Source: a virus (lineage: Duplodnaviria; Caudoviricetes). Taken from it: a stretch of 44,546 nt of DNA. How positions within the stretch are numbered: the stretch's first letter is position 1; every line of letters begins with the position of its first letter. A program made the position numbers and the translations under genes. Where the stretch lies: positions 1-44,546 of IMG/VR virus record IMGVR_UViG_3300020138_000009. The stretch is one strand, 5' to 3'. The notes beneath the pieces are model-generated. The model searched no databases and was not told the origin of the DNA. It saw only the letters and a list, made by a program, of their open reading frames with translations. Positions 1 through 9,379 of the stretch are shown one piece after another.

Positions 1-72
1 TGGGCAATTCGCACACCCGCGAAATGATCGATTTTTGCGGGCTGACCTGCAGATATGCTGGAACTCGTGGTG

Positions 73-145
73 TAGAATCGGGGCATGAAAGGACCCCCGC
101 GACGGGTGCAACCGTCCGGGGGCGTGACCGACTATCAAGGAGTCG
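73..145 (+). promoter_or_regulatory. -10 box (TAGAAT) plus structured 5' leader of gene 1
   Basis: TAGAAT at 73-78; hairpin 94-122; second hairpin CGACT(129-133)/AGTCG(141-145) overlapping the AAGGAG SD at 137-142. Confidence 0.5.
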
Positions 146-792
146 ATGTGCCACAGGCTACCGCTCACGTCCGACCCGTCCGCAAGACGCGCGCTCGCCT
201 GTCGAAGGTCGCGTCAGTGCGCGACACGATCGCGGGGTTCGGCAAGGGGCTCGACGTCGTCGGTCTCACGTTCGGGCAGTTCTCACTGCTGGACCTGGTC
301 GACGCGGCGCTCGAGCTGACGGGACCCGCTGACGTCGCGATCTCCACGTGGTCCGCCGGCTTCTACGACGTCGCCGCGGCCGAGCGGTTCCGCGACTCGG
401 GCCGTATCCGTTCGATCCGCTTCCTGATGGACTCGTCAGCCAAGCGCGGGCAGGCATCTGTGACGGACGTCGGTGACGTGTTCGGTCCCGAGACGGTTCG
501 CGCGACTCGGCTTCACGCGAAGTTCGTGACGATCACCAACACGGACTGGTCGGTCCTGATCACGTCGTCGATGAACCTCAACCTCAACCCCCGGTGCGAG
601 CAGTTCGAGATGACCGACGATCCGATCCGGTGCGAGCTGTTCACGAGCTTCGTCGACGCGGTCTTCGCGGAGCTCCCCGAGGGCGACACAGAGGACCGTC
701 AGCTGCCGTCCGTCGCGGCGATCGAGTCCGTCCAGCCTGATCTCGGCATCGAGATCACCAGGACGATCCGCACCGGGCCCTGGGACAACTGA
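85..792 (+). CDS. Phospholipase D-like (HxK) domain protein, probable nuclease; start may be GTG at 148
   Basis: RLHAKFVTI...ITSSMNLN...E resembles the PLD HxK...GSxN catalytic motif; AAGGAG precedes in-frame GTG 148. Confidence 0.65.
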   Translation: MKGPPRRVQPSGGVTDYQGVDVPQATAHVRPVRKTRARLSKVASVRDTIAGFGKGLDVVGLTFGQFSLLDLVDAALELTGPADVAISTWSAGFYDVAAAERFRDSGRIRSIRFLMDSSAKRGQASVTDVGDVFGPETVRATRLHAKFVTITNTDWSVLITSSMNLNLNPRCEQFEMTDDPIRCELFTSFVDAVFAELPEGDTEDRQLPSVAAIESVQPDLGIEITRTIRTGPWDN

Positions 793-1103
793 TGGTGACA
801 CCGGCCCGGCTCGCTCCGCCCGACAGCTGCCCGTCGGACGTGGCGCAGGTCTGGCGTGAAGTCGTCGCGGCGTACGGTGCGGGCGCGGAGCGCATCGTCG
901 GGTCTGCACTGGAGGCGTACTGCGGTCAGGTCGCACGCCTGCGCGAGGCGCAGCGCCGGTTGCGCGCCGAGGGCATGGTGATCGCGGATCCGAAGGGGGC
1001 TCCGATCCCCCACCCTGCGCTCGCGGTCGAGCGGCAGGCGCAGGCGGAGATCAGGGCGTGGGGAAGCCGCTTCGAGAAGCCCCGTACAGGTCGAGTGGGG
1101 TAG
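792..1103 (+). CDS. P27-family terminase small subunit-like protein (short copy)
   Basis: LEAYC...L..EG.VI...KG.PIPHPAL pattern typical of P27 TerS; overlaps the stop of the previous gene. Confidence 0.65.
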   Translation: MVTPARLAPPDSCPSDVAQVWREVVAAYGAGAERIVGSALEAYCGQVARLREAQRRLRAEGMVIADPKGAPIPHPALAVERQAQAEIRAWGSRFEKPRTGRVG

Positions 1104-1111
1104 GAGGTCTC

Positions 1112-1603
1112 GTGGCGACGGTCGGACGCAAGCCGAAGCCGACGCTGTCTGTCGTGCGCGAGGGGAACCCCGGCCATCGTCCAGTACGTGACGCGGTCAC
1201 GCTGCCCCCGTCCGCCGTTGTCGAGCCTGACTGGTCCGCTTGGTTCCCCGGGTCGTGGCGCGCTGAGCGCCGCGCCCGGGCGACGGCAGCGGGCTTGTGG
1301 CGCCGCGTCGCGCCGACGCTCGTCCGCTCCGTCGGCCTCGTCGGGGAGCAGCAGGAGGTGCTCGTCGACCTGTGCGTCACGTGGGCACGGATCGAGCAAG
1401 GTGAGCGCGCTCTGTCGATGGAGGGCGTCGTGGTCGCGACGGAGCGCGGCAACGTCAAGAGCCCTTGGACGACCGTGCTCAACCAGTACCGATCGAACTT
1501 CCGCTCGCTGGCGGCCGAGCTCGGCCTGACGCCGTCATCTCTGGCCCGGCTGGGTGGACGAGGGAGCGCCGGTGACGACGAGGACGACCCCTTCGACTCG
1601 TAG
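1112..1603 (+). CDS. P27-family terminase small subunit
   Basis: GRKPKPT...GNPGHRP N-terminus, KSPW, ELGLTPSSLARL C-terminus; AGGAGG RBS before GTG 1112; directly upstream of TerL. Confidence 0.9.
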   Translation: MATVGRKPKPTLSVVREGNPGHRPVRDAVTLPPSAVVEPDWSAWFPGSWRAERRARATAAGLWRRVAPTLVRSVGLVGEQQEVLVDLCVTWARIEQGERALSMEGVVVATERGNVKSPWTTVLNQYRSNFRSLAAELGLTPSSLARLGGRGSAGDDEDDPFDS

Positions 1604-3299
1604 TCTCCCGGCACCGCGTGACGCTCTGGTCGAGCTCGGGTTGACCGAGGACCAGATCGACGACGCACTCGAGCACACCCCGCTCGTGGTCGCCTTCCAG
1701 GCAGACCTGCACCCGGGCGCGTGGTTCGACGTCGACCGGGTCCGCAAGGCACTCCGAGCGCTCGCGGCGTTCAAGCACACGAAGGGCCGATGGGCTGGTG
1801 TCCGGCTGCGCCTGGGTGAGGGTCTAGATCCGTGGCAGGTTGTGTGGGTGCTCGCTCCGATCTTCGGTTGGGTGCACCACGACGCGGAGATCGACGCTGT
1901 GGTCCGCGTGGTCCGGTCGGTGTGGATCGAGGTGCCGCGCAAGAACGGCAAGTCGACGATCTCGTCTGGCATCTCGAACGTCCTGCTCCTCGCGGACGGT
2001 GAGGCTGGCGCTGAGGTCTACAACGCGGCCGGCTCGATGACGCAGGCCGCGCGTGTGTTCGATGACGCGAAGCGGATGCTCGCGACGTCGCCCATCGCTC
2101 GGAAGCGGGTCGAGCCGCTGAAGGAGGTCGTGCGCGTGCCTCGCACGGGCTCGATCTTGCGGGTCCTGTCGCGGGTCGCTGAGACGGCGCACGGTCTGAA
2201 CGTCTCGGGCGCTGTCGTGGACGAGGTGCACACGCTGCGACTGCGGCGCGCGCTCGTCGAGGCGATCGAGACGGGGACGGGCGCCCGCGATCAGCCGTTG
2301 GTCGTGTTCATCACGACGGCGGATGAGGCCGAGGACGGCACGATCTACGACGAGAAGCACACCTACACGCGCAACGTCGCGAACGGGGTTGTGCAGGACC
2401 CGGGGCATTACGGGGTGATCTGGGCGGCCGAGGACGGGGACGACCCGTTCGCGGACGCGACGCTCGCGAAGGCGAACCCGGGTGCGGGGAAGTCCCCGAC
2501 GTGGGCGTACCTGCATCGCGAGGCGGAGAAGGCGCGCAGCACGCCGTCGTACTTCCCGACCTACTGCCGACTGACGTTGAACCTACGCCGGCGCGAGCAG
2601 GCGCGGTGGATCGATGTGGACCGGTGGGACCTGCTCGATGGGGCGGTCGACCGTGCGGGTCTGCGGGGCCGTCGCGCGTGGGGCGGTCTGGACCTGTCGG
2701 CGGTGTCGGACTTCACGGCGTGGGTCGCGCTCGTGGAGTCGAACCGGCCGGGGGCGCAGGTGGACCTGCTCGCGCGGTTCTGGGTGCCGGGTGAGCGCGT
2801 CGAGGACCTGCAGCGTCAGCTGATGGTGCCGCTCGAACAGTGGATCGCGCAGGGGTACGTGACCGCGACGGACGGTGACGTCATCGACTACTCGGCTGTG
2901 AAGGCTGCCGTGATCGGCGATTGCCGCCACTTCGACATGCAGCGGGTCTCGTACGACCGCATGTTCGCGGGGCAGCTCGTGCAGGAGCTTGACGATGAGC
3001 TCGGCGGCGTGGAGATCACGCCAGTCGCACAGACCTTCATGGGCCTGTCTCCGGCATCGAAGGAGCTCGAGCGTCTGATCGGCGCGCAGGAGCTCCGTCA
3101 CGGGGGTAACCCGGTGATGCGGTGGATGGCGTCTGTCGTGGAGGCGAAGAAGGACGACGCGGACAACATCCGCCCGGTGAAGCCGGACCGGAAGAAGTCC
3201 TCGACTCGGATCGACGGGATCCAGGCGACGGTGACGGCGCTCGACGGGTACCTGCGCCGGGTGAGGGAGTCCGACTCCCGCATGTTCATGTTCCGGTGA
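1572..3299 (+). CDS. terL: Terminase large subunit
   Basis: Walker A VPRKNGKST, Walker B AVVDEVH, ITTA motif, nuclease GLDLS..D and RIDG. Confidence 0.97.
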   Translation: MTTRTTPSTRSLPAPRDALVELGLTEDQIDDALEHTPLVVAFQADLHPGAWFDVDRVRKALRALAAFKHTKGRWAGVRLRLGEGLDPWQVVWVLAPIFGWVHHDAEIDAVVRVVRSVWIEVPRKNGKSTISSGISNVLLLADGEAGAEVYNAAGSMTQAARVFDDAKRMLATSPIARKRVEPLKEVVRVPRTGSILRVLSRVAETAHGLNVSGAVVDEVHTLRLRRALVEAIETGTGARDQPLVVFITTADEAEDGTIYDEKHTYTRNVANGVVQDPGHYGVIWAAEDGDDPFADATLAKANPGAGKSPTWAYLHREAEKARSTPSYFPTYCRLTLNLRRREQARWIDVDRWDLLDGAVDRAGLRGRRAWGGLDLSAVSDFTAWVALVESNRPGAQVDLLARFWVPGERVEDLQRQLMVPLEQWIAQGYVTATDGDVIDYSAVKAAVIGDCRHFDMQRVSYDRMFAGQLVQELDDELGGVEITPVAQTFMGLSPASKELERLIGAQELRHGGNPVMRWMASVVEAKKDDADNIRPVKPDRKKSSTRIDGIQATVTALDGYLRRVRESDSRMFMFR

Positions 3300-3308
3300 G
3301 GAGGTGCT

Positions 3309-4688
3309 GTGGCTGAGCTGCTGCGCAAGCTGCGTCTGACCGACGACGAGCAGAAGATCATGGCGCGTCTCGCGAAGCGGCTGACGGCACGTGCGAAGCA
3401 CGACATCCGCATGGAGCGGTACTACGAGGGGGCGCAGCGGCTCGAGCAGATCGGGCTGGCTGTCCCGCCGGAGCTCCGGCGCTTCGAGACCGTCGTGAAC
3501 TGGCCGCGGGTCGTCGTGGACGAGGTGGTGAATCGCCTCGAGGTCCGCGCCTTCGTGGAGGCCGGGAAGGCTAAGACGTCGGACGAGCTGCGCGAGCAGT
3601 GGGAGGCGAACAACCTCGATTCGGGCGCCCCGATGCTCCACCAGGAGGCTGCGACCTACGGGCGAGGGTTCGTGACCGTCGGCACGAACGACGAGGACAG
3701 CAAGCACCCGCTCATCACGGTGGAACCCTCCCGCCAGATGGCCGGCATGGTCGACGCCCGGACCCGGTCGGCGCTGGGCTACCTGCGGTCGTACCGCAAC
3801 GAGGACAACCGACGCTGCCGGACCCTGTACCTGCCGCACGCGTCGATCTGGCTTGTCGCGACGTCGTCGGGCTGGGAGATCGTCGGCCGCGACGATCACA
3901 GGCTGGGTCGCCCGCCTGTCGTCATGTTCCTGAATCGCCGCCGGCCGGGCGACTGGTGGGGCACGTCGGAGATGGCTGACACGATCCCGCTGACGGACTC
4001 GGCAGCGCGCTCGCTGACGAACCTGCAGATCGCGCAGGAAGGGATCGCGGTCCCTGGCCGCTACATCTTCGGCGTCGACCCGACGAAGATGGTCGACCCG
4101 CAGACGGGCGAGCCGATCCCAACGTGGGAGGCGTACTACACGTCGCTGATGGTCTACGCGGAGAAGGACGCGCAGGCCGGCACGTTCCCCGCTGCCGAGC
4201 TTGCGAACCTGACCGGGACGGTCGAGCACTACGGCAAGCTCGTCGCGTCGGTGTCCGGTTTGCCGTTGCGCTACTTCGTCTCGTCGACGACGAACCCTGC
4301 CGCGGAGGGCGCGATCCGCGCCGACGAGTCGCGGCTCATCAAGAACGCAGAGCGCAAGGCCTCCGACTGGGGTGACGCGTGGGGTTGGGTACAGGGGATC
4401 TCGGCCCGGTTCCGGACCGGTGAGTGGCCTGAGGCGAACCGCATCCGCACGCTGTGGTTCGACCCCGCGACGCCGACGTTCGCGGAGCGCGCGGACGCGA
4501 TCTCGAAGATGGCGGGCGGTGTCCCGATCTTGTCCCGAGAGGGCGCCTGGGACGAGATGAACTGGGACGAACCTCGCAAGCAGCGTGAACGCGAGCACTT
4601 CCGCGCCCAGGAGCAGGACCCGACCCTGGCTCTGTTCGAAGCGAAGGACCAGGCCGGTGCCGCTGCAGGCGCTTCCGGGGGTCGCTGA
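3309..4688 (+). CDS. Portal protein (SPP1 gp6-like)
   Basis: RYYEG, VNWPRVVVD, WEANNLD, YGR.F, AEGAIRADESRL; follows TerL; GAGGAGG RBS. Confidence 0.93.
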   Translation: MAELLRKLRLTDDEQKIMARLAKRLTARAKHDIRMERYYEGAQRLEQIGLAVPPELRRFETVVNWPRVVVDEVVNRLEVRAFVEAGKAKTSDELREQWEANNLDSGAPMLHQEAATYGRGFVTVGTNDEDSKHPLITVEPSRQMAGMVDARTRSALGYLRSYRNEDNRRCRTLYLPHASIWLVATSSGWEIVGRDDHRLGRPPVVMFLNRRRPGDWWGTSEMADTIPLTDSAARSLTNLQIAQEGIAVPGRYIFGVDPTKMVDPQTGEPIPTWEAYYTSLMVYAEKDAQAGTFPAAELANLTGTVEHYGKLVASVSGLPLRYFVSSTTNPAAEGAIRADESRLIKNAERKASDWGDAWGWVQGISARFRTGEWPEANRIRTLWFDPATPTFAERADAISKMAGGVPILSREGAWDEMNWDEPRKQREREHFRAQEQDPTLALFEAKDQAGAAAGASGGR

Positions 4689-5679
4689 GGCGTACGGCTC
4701 GGCGCAGCGTGCGGTGGTGAAGCGCGCGCTCGCGAGCACCGCCGCTCTCTGGCGGAGCGTCGGCCCCGAGTTCGACGCCTCGTACGGGCTGATCGAGACG
4801 GACCTGCTCTCGGCCGTTGCGACCGCGCAGCTCGAGCTCGTGCGCGGCGCGCAGGACTACGTGCCTGACGTGCTCACCGACATGGGTGCTCGTGCGGCAG
4901 CCGTCCCGGTTGCGGTCACGGACCCGACGCCGCTGGTCGGTCGGGCGGGTGACGGCCGCCCGCTCGAGTCGCTGTTTCGCAGCGCCGTGACGGGCGCGAA
5001 GCAGCTCGTGTCGGCGTCGGGTCCAGCACTCGAAGTTCCTGAGGCGCTGCGCCGCTCCGGGTTGTGGCTGATGACCGCGGTGGCGACGGCCTTGTCGGAC
5101 TCGGCGCGGCAGTCGGAGTCTCTCGCGATGGGGGTACGGCCGAAGGTCACGACGTACGTGCGGATGCTGAACCCGCCGTCGTGCTCGAGGTGCGTGATCC
5201 TCGCGGGAGCTCGGTATCGCGCATCGGTGCCGTTCCGCCGACACCCGAGGTGCGACTGCCGGCATGTTCCCGCCACTGAGGCCGGAGCGGGCGACGACAT
5301 GACCGTGAACCCCGCGGAGTACTTCGACTCGTTGGCCCCCGACGAGCAGGAGCGTGTCTTCGGGACTGCCGGCGCCGAGGCGATCCGCGCGGGCGCTGAC
5401 ATGGGCCAGGTCGTGAACGCGCGCCGCGGGATGCACACCGCGCAGGTCGGCGGCAGGCGCGTCCTGGTTACGTCCGAGGGCACCACGCGACGAGGCATCG
5501 CCTACCGGTACCTGTCCGACCGGACCTCTGTCCGCATCACACCCGAGAGGCCGGAGCGGCGCGCGGCCGAGCGTCGCGTCGCCCGCCCTCGTCTGATGCC
5601 CGAGACGATCCGCGCCGTCGCGGTGTCGCAGGACGACTACGTGCGGCTCCTGCGCGCGAACGGCTACCTGCGCAGCTGA
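4657..5679 (+). CDS. Minor capsid / MuF-like head morphogenesis protein
   Basis: YVRMLNPPSCSRC...RHPRCDC motif; lies between portal and scaffold; start uncertain. Confidence 0.75.
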   Translation: MPLQALPGVAEAYGSAQRAVVKRALASTAALWRSVGPEFDASYGLIETDLLSAVATAQLELVRGAQDYVPDVLTDMGARAAAVPVAVTDPTPLVGRAGDGRPLESLFRSAVTGAKQLVSASGPALEVPEALRRSGLWLMTAVATALSDSARQSESLAMGVRPKVTTYVRMLNPPSCSRCVILAGARYRASVPFRRHPRCDCRHVPATEAGAGDDMTVNPAEYFDSLAPDEQERVFGTAGAEAIRAGADMGQVVNARRGMHTAQVGGRRVLVTSEGTTRRGIAYRYLSDRTSVRITPERPERRAAERRVARPRLMPETIRAVAVSQDDYVRLLRANGYLRS

Positions 5680-5746
5680 CTGCCAACACATTCTCCCGGT
5701 CGCGCGACGCGGTCCGGGTCACCACCCCGAGCGATTCGGAGCCACC

Positions 5747-6370
5747 ATGCACCACAGCACTGTCCGCGCCGCGATGGCGTGGCCGATCACCCACACCCCC
5801 GGCACGCCGGACCGGTTCGCGCGCCTGCGGTTCGTCAACGACCCGCAGGGGACCGAGCAGGGCACTCCGGGATCGACGGGCGCCGGTCCGACGACCGAGC
5901 CCCCTGCTACAGGCACGTCGCAGTCCGGCAGCTCCGAGGGCGATGAGCCGCTCGGCGAGGCCGGCAAGCGGGCGCTCACCGCCGAGCGGGACGCCCGCGC
6001 GGCAGCCGAGAGGGCGCTCGCGGACCTCCGCAAGGAGATCGCGGACGGCAAGAAGTCGGCCGAGCAGCGGGCTGCGGACGACCTGGCTGCGGCGCAGCGC
6101 GATGCTGCCGCCGCCGAGCTCAAGGCGTTGCGGTACGAGGTCGCGGCCACGAAGGGGCTCGACCTGAAGCTCGCACCGCGTCTGACGGGTGCGACGCGTA
6201 CGGAGATCGAGGCTGACGCGGACGCGCTCAAGGCGCTCATCCCGGCTGGTTCGACGAGCCCGCTTCCGGACCCGTCGCAGGGTGGTGGTAGCGGCGGTGG
6301 CAACGAGGGTGCGTCGGTCTCGGCGGGGCGTTCGCTCTACGCCGAGAGGCACCCCAGCAAGAAGTCCTGA
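5747..6370 (+). CDS. Capsid scaffolding protein
   Basis: LGEAGKRALTAER, coiled coil, RL.G.T..EI.ADA..L, PDPSQG; upstream of capsid genes. Confidence 0.85.
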   Translation: MHHSTVRAAMAWPITHTPGTPDRFARLRFVNDPQGTEQGTPGSTGAGPTTEPPATGTSQSGSSEGDEPLGEAGKRALTAERDARAAAERALADLRKEIADGKKSAEQRAADDLAAAQRDAAAAELKALRYEVAATKGLDLKLAPRLTGATRTEIEADADALKALIPAGSTSPLPDPSQGGGSGGGNEGASVSAGRSLYAERHPSKKS

Positions 6371-6396
6371 ACACGACTCCCTGAGGAGGGATCACC

Positions 6397-6786
6397 ATGT
6401 CGCCTCGTCTCCAGTCCGAGACGTTCGGTGGCGGGGACCTGTCCTGGCTCGGATCGACGCACGGCATCGCCGACGCGCGGACCGAGATCCTCGACGTCTC
6501 CGCCTTCACCGCGAACACGCACTACCCCGCCGGCTTCATCCCGTCGGGCACTCCGGTCGCGAAGGTCGGGGGTCTCCTCGTCCCGTTCGACGACGACGAC
6601 GAGGCGACGACCGGCGCCGGCGTGCTGGCCGGGTTCGTCCTGACGGACCAGAAGGTCGTCGGGACCGCGGACTTCGCGGTCCCGCTGCTCGACCACGGCC
6701 GTGTCCGCACGGCCAAGCTGCCCACGACGTTCACCGCGCCCACGGTCGCGGCGAAGGTCGCCGCGACGACGTTCGTCTTCATCTGA
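6397..6786 (+). CDS. Head decoration / capsid cement protein
   Basis: 129 aa between scaffold and MCP; G.IPSGTP...G...P pattern; strong RBS. Confidence 0.75.
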   Translation: MSPRLQSETFGGGDLSWLGSTHGIADARTEILDVSAFTANTHYPAGFIPSGTPVAKVGGLLVPFDDDDEATTGAGVLAGFVLTDQKVVGTADFAVPLLDHGRVRTAKLPTTFTAPTVAAKVAATTFVFI

Positions 6787-6802
6787 GAGGGGGAGTCGGA
6801 TC

Positions 6803-7822
6803 ATGGCACTCTGGACCGACCTCATCGACCCGGCGACCCTCACGGGGTACGTGCGGGAGTCCCTGGCGGCGATCGAGGCTCGCCGCGGCAGCCTGGCGCG
6901 GTTCCTGCCGAACCGCACCGTCCCGGACATCCAGGTCCGCTTTCGTGCGGGCCAGGCCGGCCTGGTGGCCGAGGCCGAGTTCCGCGCGTACGACGCGGAG
7001 CCGACCGTCGGCAAGAAGCCGTCGGGCAAGCGCACGATCCTCGAGCTGCCCGCGATCGGGCAGGTCCTCCCGGTGACGGAGTACGACCAGCTGCGCACGC
7101 GCGGCGCGTCGGACGACACGATCCTGAACGAGATCCTTAGCACCTCCCAGCAGGTCGCTCAGGCGATCTCGGACCGCATGGAGCGGCTCCGCGGGATCGT
7201 GCTGCGCACGGGTGTCGCGACGATCCCGGAGATCGGCGCGGCGGACTCGTTCGGCCGCGCCGCCGGGCACACGGTCACGGCGTCGTCGCTGTGGTCGTCG
7301 GCGACGTCGGTCTCGCGGCTGACGGACCTGCAGACGTGGTGCGACACGTACGAGACGACGAACGGCGTCGCGCCGGGCGTCATCCTGGTGTCGCGCCGGG
7401 TGCTGCGGGTCATGGCGCAGGGCGACGAGTTCAAGACGTCGCTGGTCGGTGGCGGCTCGCGGCCCGCGACGCAGGCGGACGTCGCGGCGATCGTCGACGG
7501 TGCCGGCCTGCCGCCGATCGAGGTGTACTCGCGGCGTACTGCGTCTGGTCTGGTGCTCCCCGACACGGGGCTGCTCCTGCTGCCGGAGCCGGTCGACCCG
7601 GACGCGTGGCAGGACACCCAGCTCGGCGCGTCGTTCTGGGGGCAGACCCTGTCCTCGACGGCCGAGGACTGGGGCATCGAGCTCGCGGACCAGCCGGGCA
7701 TCGTCACGGGTGTCTACCGCAACGAGACGCCGCCGATGCTCGCGGAGGTCCACGGCGACGCGATCGGCATGCCGGTCCTCGCGAACGCGAACCTCTCGCT
7801 CGCGGCGACGGTCCTGTCCTGA
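6803..7822 (+). CDS. Major capsid protein (lambda gpE-like)
   Basis: LARFLPN, A.FRAYDAE, ELPAIGQ, DAIGMPVL; position and RBS GGGGAG. Confidence 0.92.
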   Translation: MALWTDLIDPATLTGYVRESLAAIEARRGSLARFLPNRTVPDIQVRFRAGQAGLVAEAEFRAYDAEPTVGKKPSGKRTILELPAIGQVLPVTEYDQLRTRGASDDTILNEILSTSQQVAQAISDRMERLRGIVLRTGVATIPEIGAADSFGRAAGHTVTASSLWSSATSVSRLTDLQTWCDTYETTNGVAPGVILVSRRVLRVMAQGDEFKTSLVGGGSRPATQADVAAIVDGAGLPPIEVYSRRTASGLVLPDTGLLLLPEPVDPDAWQDTQLGASFWGQTLSSTAEDWGIELADQPGIVTGVYRNETPPMLAEVHGDAIGMPVLANANLSLAATVLS

Positions 7823-7828
7823 CCTCGT

Positions 7829-7868
7829 GACGGTGGGGGCGGTCGCATGCCTGGCCTCCCCCACCGTC
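7829..7868 (+). terminator. Stem-loop after MCP (terminator/attenuator or mRNA stabiliser)
   Basis: GACGGTGGGGG...CCCCCACCGTC inverted repeat. Confidence 0.6.
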
Positions 7869-7892
7869 CACCCACCTGAAGGAGGTCCCGGG

Positions 7893-8306
7893 ATGGCCGG
7901 GAGGAAGATCCGTGACGACCTCGACGGTGTCACGTACGTGTACGTGAACGACCTGCCGGTCCAGCTCGCGGCCGGCGACCAGGTGCCCAAGGGCGCCGAC
8001 GTCGGCGAGCACCTGCTCGCACCCAAGTCGAAGAACGACTCCGAGAAGCCGGACGGCCGACCGGACTCCGCGAAGCCCGACGGCCGACCGGACTCCGAGA
8101 AGCTCAGCGGCGTGCCGGGGTCTGGCGAGGGCGCACCGGGTGGTGACGACGAGAGCGGTACGGCATCGCCGGAGCTGACTCCGCCTGATGGCCGCTCGAG
8201 CCGCGACGCATGGATGAGCTGGGCGAAGCACGTCGGCATCGACATCGCGCAGGACGCGTCGAAGGACGACATCCGCGCCGCGGTCGCGGCCGCGCAGCAG
8301 CAGTAG
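7893..8306 (+). CDS. Hypothetical head-associated protein
   Basis: AAGGAGG RBS before ATG 7893; L.AGD.VP motif; C-terminal HeH/Lsr2-like helical tail. Confidence 0.75.
   Translation: MAGRKIRDDLDGVTYVYVNDLPVQLAAGDQVPKGADVGEHLLAPKSKNDSEKPDGRPDSAKPDGRPDSEKLSGVPGSGEGAPGGDDESGTASPELTPPDGRSSRDAWMSWAKHVGIDIAQDASKDDIRAAVAAAQQQ
8037..8103 (+). repeat. 27-bp tandem repeat x2.5 (DSxKPDGRP)
   Basis: gactccgagaagccggacggccgaccg repeated in frame. Confidence 0.85.
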
Positions 8307-8322
8307 TGGGGGTGGGGCGGTC

Positions 8323-8742
8323 GTGACGAGCTACGCGAAGCCAGCGCACGTGCAGGTGCGTCTCGGCCGTCCCATCACCGATACGGCGCAGGCGCAGGCG
8401 TTCCTCGACGACGCGGAGGTCCTGATCCGTACGCGGGTGCGTGACCTTGACGCTCGGGTCGACGCAGACGAGGCCTTCGAGGAGACGGTCGTCATGGTCG
8501 AGGCGAACGCTGTCGTGCGGGTGCTGCGCAACCCGGAGGGTCTGCGTTCGGTGACCGTGGCCGTCGATGACGGCTCCGTCACGAAGACTCGTGACCAGAC
8601 GCTGTCCGCCGGCGGCCTGTTCATCACGGACGACGAGTGGGATCTGCTCCTGCCCGGATCGGCCGCGGCCGCGCTCTCATCTCCGGTGCGCTACGTGCCG
8701 GGCTGGGCTGACCGCGTGCCCACAGGGTGGGGCCGGCCGTGA
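8323..8742 (+). CDS. Head-to-tail adaptor
   Basis: YA...V..RLGR, V.RVLRNPEG, L.ITDDEW.LL. Confidence 0.85.
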   Translation: MTSYAKPAHVQVRLGRPITDTAQAQAFLDDAEVLIRTRVRDLDARVDADEAFEETVVMVEANAVVRVLRNPEGLRSVTVAVDDGSVTKTRDQTLSAGGLFITDDEWDLLLPGSAAAALSSPVRYVPGWADRVPTGWGRP

Positions 8743-9140
8743 CTGTGCTCGGCGTCGAGCTCGATGGGGCCCTGGTCGAGCTGCGCGAGCAGACGCTCTC
8801 GACGATGACGAGCACAGTGCGTGTCGTGCGCGAAGACGGCCCGAGCGACCCGCTCACGGGTGTGCGCCCTGTCGTCAAGATCTACGAGGGTCCGGGCAAG
8901 GTCCAGGTCCCAGATCAGCAGGAGCGCACGACCACGGTCGCTGGTCATGTGCACACGGAGCAGCGCGACGAGATCCACGTCCCCGTCGGCGCGTTCGCCG
9001 CGCATGTGGGCGACGTGATCGAGGTCGTCGCGGACGAGCACGACGAGTACCTCGTCGGTCGCCTCTACCGCGTGGTGCGGACCCTGCACAAGACTCGCGC
9101 GACCGCGTACCGCCTCGCCGTGAGCGAGGTGACGACATGA
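8739..9140 (+). CDS. Head-to-tail stopper
   Basis: IYEGPGKVQ, IHVPV, TA.RL.V.E; GTGA overlap; synteny. Confidence 0.75.
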   Translation: MTVLGVELDGALVELREQTLSTMTSTVRVVREDGPSDPLTGVRPVVKIYEGPGKVQVPDQQERTTTVAGHVHTEQRDEIHVPVGAFAAHVGDVIEVVADEHDEYLVGRLYRVVRTLHKTRATAYRLAVSEVTT

Positions 9141-9379
9141 CGCGGGACGAGCAGGCCGAGCTCGAGTCGATCGTCGACGCTGCGGTCGCGCGCATGCAGG
9201 CCCTCGGGTGGATACCGACGAAGACGATGGTCCTCGCGGAGGTCATCACGGACGACGGTGACCGTGAGGTGTGCATCGCGATCTCCCGCGATCTCCGCGC
9301 GCACGACACCCTCGGGCTCCTGCACTACGCGGTCACGCGTGAGGTCGGTGGGATCGCATGGGGGTTGCGTGATGGCTGA
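9137..9379 (+). CDS. Hypothetical protein
   Basis: ATGA overlap, GAGG RBS, fills the operon gap. Confidence 0.65.
   Translation: MTRDEQAELESIVDAAVARMQALGWIPTKTMVLAEVITDDGDREVCIAISRDLRAHDTLGLLHYAVTREVGGIAWGLRDG

Noticed and set aside
2583-4739. 718-aa minus-strand ORF
   Set aside because: Antisense shadow of TerL/portal; Arg/Val/His-rich composition typical of high-GC off-frames
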